From contig CAWDML010000008.1 in assembly GCA_963803435.1 (NCBI GenBank), positions 160,001-224,000 of the forward strand: DNA of 64,000 nt. Direction: 5' to 3'. A model generated the notes under the pieces. The model was not told where the DNA came from, searched no databases, and was given only the letters and a program-made list of their open reading frames with translations. This document shows, piece after piece, positions 19,534 through 27,871 of the stretch. The stretch is from an uncultured delta proteobacterium (GTDB lineage: Bacteria; Myxococcota; Kuafuiibacteriia; Kuafuiibacteriales; Kuafuiibacteriaceae). Each line of letters opens with the position of its first letter. Positions within the stretch are counted from its first letter, which is position 1. The position numbers were made by a program, and so were the translations under genes.

Positions 19534-21105
19534 TTACTCGAGCGGGACGCAGCGGCTCCGGACGTCCCCCAGGGCCTCCCGCCAGACCGCGATCAGGTTT
19601 CCGCCTGCGACCGCGAGCTGCGGATCGGCGACCGGGAGCGTGTCGGGCGGGCTCAACCGTTCCCACGCTTGCTCGACCCCGAGGGTTCCAGCGTTGAGCC
19701 GGGCCACGTAGAGCTCGGCCTGGTAGTGGCTGGGCTCGGTCATCGCACCTGCGATGAAGATGTGCCGGTCGGCCTCCAGGATCGTCGGATGGAAGAAGCG
19801 GTTCACGGGGAGTGTCGCGCTCCCGGTGGAGGCGAGCGCGCCGTCCGTCGAGACGCGGATGAGCTGGACTGCGTCGGAGTCGGTCTGCAGGAGAAGTAGG
19901 ATCCCGGAGGACGAAACCTGCGCCGTGAGGATGGGCTCGGAGAGCGCCGCGGTCCCGATCAGGGAGATCGGGATCTCCGCGACGACCGCGTCGTCGTCGA
20001 GCTCGAGCGTGTCGCCGGCGATCGTGATGCGATGGACGCGGACGGTGTTCTCGGCGTGGTCGAGATCGAGGGCGCCGCTGATCAGATAGGGCTGATCATC
20101 TTTGGCCACCAGCTGGCCGTGTGCCGACGGGACCGACGTGCTGCGAACGATCTGTCCGCTGGCCGGATCGATCTGGTAGACGTGGAGCGTCCGATCGGTG
20201 CGGGGGTTGTCTTCGCGGACGGTCAGCGCCAGCCACAGGCTGCCATCTGCATTCACCGCGGAGAGCCGGATGATCGAGCTCTGCGACCAGGGGATCTCGA
20301 CCGAGGCCTCCGCCGCTGCGGTGCCGTTGGGCAGCGCGATCCGGGAGAGGTTGATCCGGTTGTCCTCGAGCCAGGTGAGCAGAAAGCCTCCGGAGGCCGG
20401 CAGGATCTCGAGGGAGGTGACGGGCCCGGCCGTGGCGATCTGGCTGGTCTCTCTCTGGAGCTTGGCGGTGGTGGCGTCCAGCGGCGCGACGTGGATGGCG
20501 CCCTCCTCGGCCCATACCAGCTCGACCGGGCTGTCCGAGGGGTGAGTCAGCACGGGGAGCCCGTTCGCCAGCCAGCGCGTGACGCTGCATCCGCCCGCGC
20601 CGACGAAGTCCGGATTGGCGTGCTCGAACAATGCGTGATCGTCGGCGCGGAACCAGTGCGGTCCGCCCTGCGCGCGCGCGGTCATCACGGCGCTCTCGTC
20701 CTTCGAGTGTTTGGGAATGCCGAGGATGTGGCCGAGCTCGTGCCGGACGGTCTCGAAGAGTAGCGTCATCTCCTCGGCCGCGTGCGGGCAGACTCGGATC
20801 AGCGGCGGGTCGAAGGAGGCGCGACCGTACGTGCCTTGAAGGTGCTCGTTGTAGCAAGCGTCCTCGTCGAAGGTGAGCCGAACCGGCTGCATCACTTCAC
20901 CGTTGCCGGGGTCGCGTCGGACGTGAGTTCCGAACTCGAGGTTCCATGACTCGACTGCGTTCGTGACCGCGTCCTGCTGAGTCGCGGTCCACTCCTCGTC
21001 GAGGACGACGGTCACGGAGTTTGCTGGGTCGAGTGGTCCTCCCCCGCCGCAAGCGGAGCTGAGAGAGACGACGGCCAGGCCGACCAGCGCGCGAGTTCCC
21101 ATCAA
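19534..21105 (-). CDS. Lipoprotein with matrixin-like (metzincin) metallopeptidase domain and beta-rich C-terminus
   Basis: Lipobox SSAC; HELGHILGIPKH zinc motif; Met-turn SAVM. Confidence 0.8.
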   Translation of the reverse strand: MMGTRALVGLAVVSLSSACGGGGPLDPANSVTVVLDEEWTATQQDAVTNAVESWNLEFGTHVRRDPGNGEVMQPVRLTFDEDACYNEHLQGTYGRASFDPPLIRVCPHAAEEMTLLFETVRHELGHILGIPKHSKDESAVMTARAQGGPHWFRADDHALFEHANPDFVGAGGCSVTRWLANGLPVLTHPSDSPVELVWAEEGAIHVAPLDATTAKLQRETSQIATAGPVTSLEILPASGGFLLTWLEDNRINLSRIALPNGTAAAEASVEIPWSQSSIIRLSAVNADGSLWLALTVREDNPRTDRTLHVYQIDPASGQIVRSTSVPSAHGQLVAKDDQPYLISGALDLDHAENTVRVHRITIAGDTLELDDDAVVAEIPISLIGTAALSEPILTAQVSSSGILLLLQTDSDAVQLIRVSTDGALASTGSATLPVNRFFHPTILEADRHIFIAGAMTEPSHYQAELYVARLNAGTLGVEQAWERLSPPDTLPVADPQLAVAGGNLIAVWREALGDVRSRCVPLE

Positions 21106-21120
21106 TCATATTGTGACCGG

Positions 21121-24009
21121 TCATCCGGTCGCCGGGGAGGGGAGGGCAAGAATGTCGAGCAAGGTCGTGCTCGCTTTCCTCACCTCTGCGACTTGATCCT
21201 CTGCGACCGCCGCGGCGAGTCGGCGCAACTCTTCGTCAGGACCCTCTCTTTTGGCCGCCAGCAGCCGCGCGAGCACGAGGCACGCGGTCTCACGCACCAC
21301 AGGATCGTGCGATCCGAGGTGCTTCGTCACCTTGCTCCGCAGCGCGTCGATCTGCTGCTCCCCCAGGAGGTGCAGCGTACAGGCGACTACCCAGGGGTTG
21401 GGATCGTCGAGGAGCAGATCGATCCATTGTTCACAGGACTTGCGGGCGATCTTGAACAGCTCGTTGCCGTGCTCGATCTTGCGGGTGATCGCGTGATCCT
21501 CGAGCAGCGGCAGGAGCAGCCGCGACTCGTCCTTTTCGAGGATGTTGTCGACGACCTCGACCGCATTGGCACGGACGGTTTTGTTCTCGGAGTCCAGATT
21601 GGCGTACACCAGCTGGATGGTGCGGGCCGGGTGGCGGATCTCGAGCAACCGAAAAGCCACTGCGACCCGATGCTTGTGACGGACCAGGAGCGCCTCATAG
21701 AGGAGGTCGTCCGCGTCCAACCCCAGATCCTCGATGGTGGCGAGCGCCTCGTAGGCGCGCTGGATCTCGCGCCGGAGCGCCGCGCTGAGCCGCGCCTCAT
21801 CGAGGATAATCCTGGGATTTCGCTCGCGGATCCGGGCGCAGGCCTTGGCCGCCTGCGCCCGCAGCTGCGGATCGAGCGTCTCGAGCGTCTCGATCAGGCG
21901 ATCGATCGCGCTCTGGCCACCCACCTTCGACAGGATCTTCGGGAGGGCGCGGCGGATTCCGAGCTCTTCCGCCTCGTTGGCCAGGACCCGCAGCAACGTC
22001 CGCTCGACCTCCGGGCCGTACGCGATCAGCGCAGCCGTGGCGGCCTGAACCGTCGAGGGATCACCGAGCTTGTAGATCAGTGAGGGGATCAGCTCGTGGC
22101 TCCGCATCTCGCCCGCCGCCTCGAGCGCCGCCACGCGAACCCGGACGTCCGGATCCTGCAGCAGCTCGAGCACGGGCTGGAAGAAGCTCTTGACGTTGAT
22201 CTCGCCCAGGACGCGCGCACCCTGGAGCCGCTCGTCCGCGTGCGCGCTGGTGAGGAAGGACTTGAGCGCCTCGGCCGCGGTCAGGATGCCGTCGAGGCCG
22301 CCGTACTTGATCAGCGCCGCCACCGCCGCGCCTCGTACCTCCGAGGTCGGGTCGGACAGATACGGCGCCGCGGCGCGGATCGCGCGCTCGCGGCCCACCG
22401 CGCAGAAGGCCCGGATGGCGGCGGCACGCACCTCGGGCTCCCCATCCCCCATCATCTCCTGGACCCTGGGCGCCCGCTCGAGTCGCCCCGATCGGCCGAT
22501 CAGCTCGAGCGCGTTGATGCGGATCTCCGTCGAAGGGTGGGAGAGCAGCTTCGAGAGCTCGGGGAAGAAGTCGGCGTCGACCGACGGGAGGATCTCCATC
22601 GCGTGGAGGACGTCGGCGTCGCGGCTGGAGCCGAGCTTGTCCTTGAGGACCGCGATCGTGCCCTCGTCGGCGATCAGGGCGAAGCCGCTGTCGAGGTCGA
22701 GCCGCCGGGAGCGCAGCGTGTCGATCAGCGACCGGAGGTACTCCTTGCGGATCCCGACCACCAGCGCCACCCAGCCGGCGAGCAGCGCCAGGTCGAGGTA
22801 GGCGAGGCGGAGCGCGAAGCCCTCAGAGGTCACGTAGCGCCCGAGGACGTACAGCAAGATGCCGGAGACGCCGATGCTGGCGGGCTTGAGGATGCCGTCG
22901 ATGAAGGTCTTGGCTCGCCCGCGGTGCTGCGCGGGCACCGGGACGTAGAGCAGCTGCATGGTGGCGTCGTTGATGGTGTAGCGAAAGATGTTCTCCGCGC
23001 CCTTCGCGACGGTGGCCGCCACCAGCGCGGCGATCAAAGGGACGGCCAGCATCGAGCCGGCGCCCACGGCCATCGCGCACGGAAGCACCAGGAGTGACAC
23101 CACTACACCCTTCCGCTCCAGCAGCCGGCCGGTGACGAGGAACTGGATGATGCTCGCGATGATGCCCGTGAAGCCGTAGAAGTAGCCGAAGTAAGCGGCC
23201 ATCTGTCCTTCGCCGGTGAGCGCGCCGCGGGCGATGATCTTGAACTGGTAGTCGATCATCGTCACGGTGAGGAACGTCAGCACCACGATGCCGGCGATGA
23301 TCCTGAGGTGCTTGCTGTGGAAGAGGGCGCTGGTCTCGGCGCGCATGCCGATGCGACCCTTCTTCGGCTTCTGCACCGCCAGCTCGAGATCCGCCGCCGA
23401 GTGGACCGCGATGGCGCGGACCGCCAGGGTGCAGGAGAAGAACAGCCCGGCGATCACCAGGAGCAGGTTCTCCGAGCCGATCACGGGGGCGATGCTGCCG
23501 ATGCTGAAGCCGCAGATGACGTTGGCGAGGACGCCGCCGGCGCCGATCACCCCGAATAGCCGCTTGGCTTGACGGCCGCTGAAGATGTCGTTGGCGAGCG
23601 TCCAGAACTGGATGATCGCGATCTGCCCGATGATGTCGACGACGACGTAGAGCGCGAAGTAGAGCCAGGTCCCGGCGAGGTTGAAGCGGATCAGCGCCCA
23701 GATCAGCGTGAACGTGATCGTGGCGATGCTCAGCGTGGTGAGGATGAGTCGATCGCGCCGGTATCTGTCGGCGACGCGGCTGTAGAAGTACGCGGTGCCG
23801 CCCACGGCCAGGGCGACGGCGATGTACATCAGCGAGAGGTTCTCGATGGGGACGCGGTGGAGGAAGAGGGTGTCGCGGACGGTGCGGCCGACGATGAACG
23901 TGGAGACCACGCCCATCAGGAAGAGGAACATCAGGCCGACCTGACGTCCCTCGCCGGGTCGAATCCGGAAGGCGGATTCGAGCACGGCGTCCAGGCGCTC
24001 GGAGGCCAT
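21121..24009 (-). CDS. Npt1/TLC-family (ADP/ATP translocase-like) transporter fused to HEAT repeats
   Basis: RDTLFL, QFWTLANDIF..RQAKRLFG, DYQFK, QLLYVPVP..RGRAKTFID; ~12 TMs then HEAT repeats (LSDPTSEVRGAAVAAL, LQDPDVRVRVAALEA). Confidence 0.88.
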   Translation of the reverse strand: MASERLDAVLESAFRIRPGEGRQVGLMFLFLMGVVSTFIVGRTVRDTLFLHRVPIENLSLMYIAVALAVGGTAYFYSRVADRYRRDRLILTTLSIATITFTLIWALIRFNLAGTWLYFALYVVVDIIGQIAIIQFWTLANDIFSGRQAKRLFGVIGAGGVLANVICGFSIGSIAPVIGSENLLLVIAGLFFSCTLAVRAIAVHSAADLELAVQKPKKGRIGMRAETSALFHSKHLRIIAGIVVLTFLTVTMIDYQFKIIARGALTGEGQMAAYFGYFYGFTGIIASIIQFLVTGRLLERKGVVVSLLVLPCAMAVGAGSMLAVPLIAALVAATVAKGAENIFRYTINDATMQLLYVPVPAQHRGRAKTFIDGILKPASIGVSGILLYVLGRYVTSEGFALRLAYLDLALLAGWVALVVGIRKEYLRSLIDTLRSRRLDLDSGFALIADEGTIAVLKDKLGSSRDADVLHAMEILPSVDADFFPELSKLLSHPSTEIRINALELIGRSGRLERAPRVQEMMGDGEPEVRAAAIRAFCAVGRERAIRAAAPYLSDPTSEVRGAAVAALIKYGGLDGILTAAEALKSFLTSAHADERLQGARVLGEINVKSFFQPVLELLQDPDVRVRVAALEAAGEMRSHELIPSLIYKLGDPSTVQAATAALIAYGPEVERTLLRVLANEAEELGIRRALPKILSKVGGQSAIDRLIETLETLDPQLRAQAAKACARIRERNPRIILDEARLSAALRREIQRAYEALATIEDLGLDADDLLYEALLVRHKHRVAVAFRLLEIRHPARTIQLVYANLDSENKTVRANAVEVVDNILEKDESRLLLPLLEDHAITRKIEHGNELFKIARKSCEQWIDLLLDDPNPWVVACTLHLLGEQQIDALRSKVTKHLGSHDPVVRETACLVLARLLAAKREGPDEELRRLAAAVAEDQVAEVRKASTTLLDILALPSPATG

Positions 24010-24024
24010 CGGGAGGGGATTGTA

Positions 24025-24960
24025 TTACAGCTTGGTCTCGGCGACCGTCTTGGCCACCGAAGCGCGGCTCTTCTCCATCATGGCGCGCTCGTCGGCGGTC
24101 AGCTCGAAGGTGAGCACCTTCTCGACACCGCCGGCGCCCACGATGCAGGGGACGCCGAAGTACATGCCGTCGATGCCGAACTCGCCCTCGAGCCAGCAGC
24201 AGCAGGGGAGCACGCGCCGCTGGTCTTTGAGGTACGCCTCCGCCATCTCGATGGCGGCCGCCGCCGGGGCGAAGTAGGCCGACCCGGTCTTGTACAGCCC
24301 GACCAGCTCGGCGCCGCCCTTCCGGGTCCGATCGACGATCGCGTCGAGACGGTCCTTCGGGATCAGCTCGCTCACCGGGACGCCGCCGACCGTGGTGAGC
24401 CGGGTGATCGGCACCATGTCGTCGCCGTGGCCGCCGAGCACGAAGGTGACGATGTCCTTCATCGAAACGCCGAGCTCGGCGGCGATGAACGACTTGAAGC
24501 GCGACGAGTCGAGGATGCCGGACATGCCGACGACCTTCTGCTTCGAGCCGCCGGTGATCTTCTTGAGCGCGTAGACCATCGCGTCGAGCGGGTTCGCGAT
24601 GTTGATCATGAACGCGTCCGGGCAGACGCGCTTCAGCTCGGTCGCCACGTTGGTCATGATCTTGAGGTTCGTGTCGAGCAGGTCCTCCCGCGACATGCCC
24701 GGCTTCCTCGGGATGCCGGCGGTGATCACGATGACGTCCGCGCCGGCGAGGTCGTCGTAGTTCGACGAGCCGGTCAGGATGGAGTCGAAGCGCTCGATGG
24801 TCGACATCTGCTGCATGTCGAGCGCCTTGCCCTTGGCCAGGCCCTCCGCCTGCGGGATGTCGAGGAGCACCACGTCGCCGAGCTCCTTCTGCGCGGCGAG
24901 GAGCGCCAGGTTGCCGCCGATCTGTCCGGCACCGACGAGCCCGATCTTCCTTCTCTTCAT
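24025..24960 (-). CDS. mdh: Malate dehydrogenase (LDH-like)
   Basis: KIGLVGAGQIG, ITAGIPRKPGMSREDL, NPLDAM, LDSSRF, VLGGHGDDMVP, GSAYFAPA; GAGGGG RBS. Confidence 0.95.
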   Translation of the reverse strand: MKRRKIGLVGAGQIGGNLALLAAQKELGDVVLLDIPQAEGLAKGKALDMQQMSTIERFDSILTGSSNYDDLAGADVIVITAGIPRKPGMSREDLLDTNLKIMTNVATELKRVCPDAFMINIANPLDAMVYALKKITGGSKQKVVGMSGILDSSRFKSFIAAELGVSMKDIVTFVLGGHGDDMVPITRLTTVGGVPVSELIPKDRLDAIVDRTRKGGAELVGLYKTGSAYFAPAAAAIEMAEAYLKDQRRVLPCCCWLEGEFGIDGMYFGVPCIVGAGGVEKVLTFELTADERAMMEKSRASVAKTVAETKL

Positions 24961-24971
24961 TTGATCCCCTC

Positions 24972-26300
24972 CTACAGAGCTAGCCCCGCGCCGGACGCGG
25001 CGCGCTTCATCGCCTGGCGGACGCGCGACTTCCGGACCTCTTCGAAGTTCTCCACGATCGCCTCGCAGAACTCCGCGCCGCTGACGATGCGGGGGCTGTC
25101 GACGTACTTGGCGAGGTCCGGCGTCACGATGCAGTCGGCGATGGTCTTGATCAGCGAGTTGGTGACCAGCTCCGCCGAGTCCTTCCACCCCAGGTGATCG
25201 AAGAGCATCACCCCGCACAGCAGGGTCGAGGTCGGGTTCTGCTCCTCGACGGGCACCTTCGGCATCATGTGATGCGTGGTCTCGAAGATCGCCGCCTTGG
25301 CACCCACGAAGGCGTTCGGTGCCAGGCCGATCTCGCCCATCGCCGCCATCGCCAGCGACTCGACGTAGTGTCCGTTGAGGTTGGTGGTCGCGATGACGTC
25401 GTGCTCGGTGGGGTTGGAGATCAGCTCCTGGAACATGCGGTTGGCCGGTCGATCCTTGATGATCACGCGGCCGCGGTACTGCTCGGCGTCCGGATCACCT
25501 TCGAGCTGGTGCTCGGTGATCGTGTACTCGCCGAACTCCTTGCGCGCGAGCTCGTAGCCCCAGTCGCGGAAGAAGCCTTCGGTATGGCGCATGACGCTGC
25601 CCTTGTGGACGAACGTGACGCACTTCCGCTTGTGCTTGATCGCGTACTCGATGGCGAGCCGGATCAGCCGCTTGGTGGCGGTGGCGCTGATGGGCTTGAT
25701 GCCGATGCTCGAGTCGGGGCGGACCGACTTGTCGAGCTTCTTGGCCAGGTCGTCGTTCAAGAAGCCGATCAGCTGCTTGGCTTCCGGCGAGCCCTTCTTC
25801 CACTCGATCTCACAGAAGACGTCCTCCGTGAACTCGCGGAAGACGATCAGGTCGACGCCATGGGGTTCCTTGAGCGGCGTGGGGACGCCTTCGAGGTAGC
25901 GGATCGGCTGGACGTGCGCGAACAGGTCGAGGCGCTCGCGAAGGTTCTCGTCGAAGTCGACGGGGGCACCGTTCGGCGTGGCGAGCGGGCCCTTGATGCA
26001 GACCTTGTATTCCTGGATGGCGCGGACGGTATCTTCGGGGAGGCGGTTGTTGGGACCGTAGACCTCGTTGCCTTTGTCGCCGGCGAAGACCTCGAGCCAC
26101 TCGAGCCGCTTCGCGTTCGCATAGCAGCGCTCGACCGCGAGATCGAACACCTCCTGCGCCGGCTTCCAGATCTCGGGACCGATCCCTTCGCCCTGGATGA
26201 ACGGGACGATCGGGTCGTCGGGCACCTGGAGCTGGCCGTTTTTGGCGACCGTGATCTTGGAGCCCCGCTTCGGAGGTGAAATCTTGAGATACTTCCCCAT
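24972..26300 (-). CDS. icd: Isocitrate dehydrogenase homolog (E. coli dimeric type) with degenerate active site
   Basis: VPDDPIVPFIQGEGIGPEI, IKGPLATP, GIKPIS, VHKGSVM, TTNLNG; catalytic residues substituted (see findings). Confidence 0.85.
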   Translation of the reverse strand: MGKYLKISPPKRGSKITVAKNGQLQVPDDPIVPFIQGEGIGPEIWKPAQEVFDLAVERCYANAKRLEWLEVFAGDKGNEVYGPNNRLPEDTVRAIQEYKVCIKGPLATPNGAPVDFDENLRERLDLFAHVQPIRYLEGVPTPLKEPHGVDLIVFREFTEDVFCEIEWKKGSPEAKQLIGFLNDDLAKKLDKSVRPDSSIGIKPISATATKRLIRLAIEYAIKHKRKCVTFVHKGSVMRHTEGFFRDWGYELARKEFGEYTITEHQLEGDPDAEQYRGRVIIKDRPANRMFQELISNPTEHDVIATTNLNGHYVESLAMAAMGEIGLAPNAFVGAKAAIFETTHHMMPKVPVEEQNPTSTLLCGVMLFDHLGWKDSAELVTNSLIKTIADCIVTPDLAKYVDSPRIVSGAEFCEAIVENFEEVRKSRVRQAMKRAASGAGLAL

Positions 26301-26339
26301 CGCGCGTTGCGATCTACCAACCCAGGCGAAATCTGCAAC

Positions 26340-26407
26340 TGAAAAGAAGGCGTATTTGCTGCTGTTTTTTTTATCCACATGTGATAGCAGCAGCGGTTTT
26401 TCGTTTT
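26340..26407. promoter_or_regulatory. AT-rich regulatory region upstream of icd with a perfect DnaA box (TTATCCACA, 26371-26379) overlapping a near-palindrome
   Basis: Sequence gctgctgtttttttTATCCACATGTGATAgcagcagc; outer gctgctg/cagcagc arms. Confidence 0.5.
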
Positions 26408-27871
26408 CTAGACGTCGATGCGCGCCGCCTGCGCGCTCGCCTGCAGCGTTTCGATGCAATCGGACGTGAAACCACAGTTCCGTGCTCGAATCCGGGTCAG
26501 CCTTGAAATCAGGACCGAGTCTGCAAGTCGCCTTGCACCGTCCGGGCCGAGCGGATTGTCCGATAGATCGATCGACGCCAGGCGGATCGTCCGTTCAGAC
26601 TCGAGCAGCACCGCCAGCCCATCAGGCGTTATCCCGTCGTTCGCGAGCCCGAGAGACCGGAGCGACTCCATGGTTCGCCCGCGCGCGATCAGAGTGAGAC
26701 CCGAGTCACCGAGACCCGTGCGAGACAGATCGAGGCTCGAGAGCGCCGTCGACCCGGCGAGCACCGCGATCGTGTTGAGCCCCAGCGCGTTGCCCGCGAG
26801 GTCGAGGCTCTCGAGGTCCGCGAACGGAAGGGCACCGGCCTGCGACGCGTCGAGGTCCACGTCGCGGAGCGAGAGCCGTCGGATGCCGCCGAGCCGTGCC
26901 AGCACGGTCTCACCGATCCGGTTCTCCGACGCGTCGAGCTCGACCAGGCGCGCCAGCGAGAGCAGCTCGGCCAGCGCGCCCTCTTTGAGCCCGGTGCCGG
27001 CGACCGACAGCTCCGCGATGCCCCCGAGCCGTGCGACCAGGCGCACCAGTCCGCCCTCTCCGATCGGGTTCCGTGACAGATCGAGCGCGCTGAGACCCTC
27101 GATCCAGCTCGACCGCGACAGCGCGCGCGCACCCCGCTCGGTGATCCCGTTCGCGCGCAAGGACAGATGAGAGACGCCGCGCATCCAGTCGGCCGCCGAG
27201 AGGGCGCCCGCGCCGGCGTCGCCGATGTCGTTGTCCGCCAGGTCGAGGGACCACAGCCGCTCGGTCTGCTCCGCCTTGGCCAGCTTCCGGGCGCCCTCGG
27301 CGCCAAGCTCGCACCGCGCCACCGCCAGCTGATTGGGACGACCCACCACTGCCACCAGCGACTCGGGGGTGAGCGCGTTGCCGGAGAGATCGAGGCGCTC
27401 CAGCCCGCGCAACCTGGCCTGCATCAAGCTCCGGACACCGGCCGGCCCCAGGCCCGCGTCGATCAGCGCCAGGCTCTCCAGCTGGACTAGCCGGGTGCTG
27501 CTCGCCAGGTGGGCGGCTCCCGCGTCGCCGAGCGGCTCGCCTCGGATCGAGAGGTGCAGCAGCTGCCGCGTCGCCGGCGAGGCTGCGATCGCCCGCATCA
27601 GCTCGTGACCACCGCCGGGCGACTCGAGCTCGAGCGCGCGCGCCAGCTGAAACGCCGGGACGGTCTCGCCGCCCGCGATCCGGCGCCACCAGGAGGGCGG
27701 CGCCACCCGGATCGCCGCCGGCCAGGCATCGACGTGCTTGGCTGCGAACGCGACCATCTGGGCGGTCTCGTCCCCGGTCATGCGATCGAACGCGGCGGCG
27801 AGGCGCGCGAAGTCCTCCCGGCTGGGACCATCGTGGATCGCGCGGCGAACGGTGGCGGTGGCCTCGCTCAT
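26408..27871 (-). CDS. Leucine-rich repeat protein (RNI/GALA-like)
   Basis: Repeated LxxLDLSxNxIGxxGxxxL; ATG at 27871 overlaps the upstream gene's TGA. Confidence 0.85.
   Translation of the reverse strand: MSEATATVRRAIHDGPSREDFARLAAAFDRMTGDETAQMVAFAAKHVDAWPAAIRVAPPSWWRRIAGGETVPAFQLARALELESPGGGHELMRAIAASPATRQLLHLSIRGEPLGDAGAAHLASSTRLVQLESLALIDAGLGPAGVRSLMQARLRGLERLDLSGNALTPESLVAVVGRPNQLAVARCELGAEGARKLAKAEQTERLWSLDLADNDIGDAGAGALSAADWMRGVSHLSLRANGITERGARALSRSSWIEGLSALDLSRNPIGEGGLVRLVARLGGIAELSVAGTGLKEGALAELLSLARLVELDASENRIGETVLARLGGIRRLSLRDVDLDASQAGALPFADLESLDLAGNALGLNTIAVLAGSTALSSLDLSRTGLGDSGLTLIARGRTMESLRSLGLANDGITPDGLAVLLESERTIRLASIDLSDNPLGPDGARRLADSVLISRLTRIRARNCGFTSDCIETLQASAQAARIDV

Noticed and set aside
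26371-26379. Replication origin
   Set aside because: Only one DnaA box in a short gap, and no dnaA/dnaN/gidA context.
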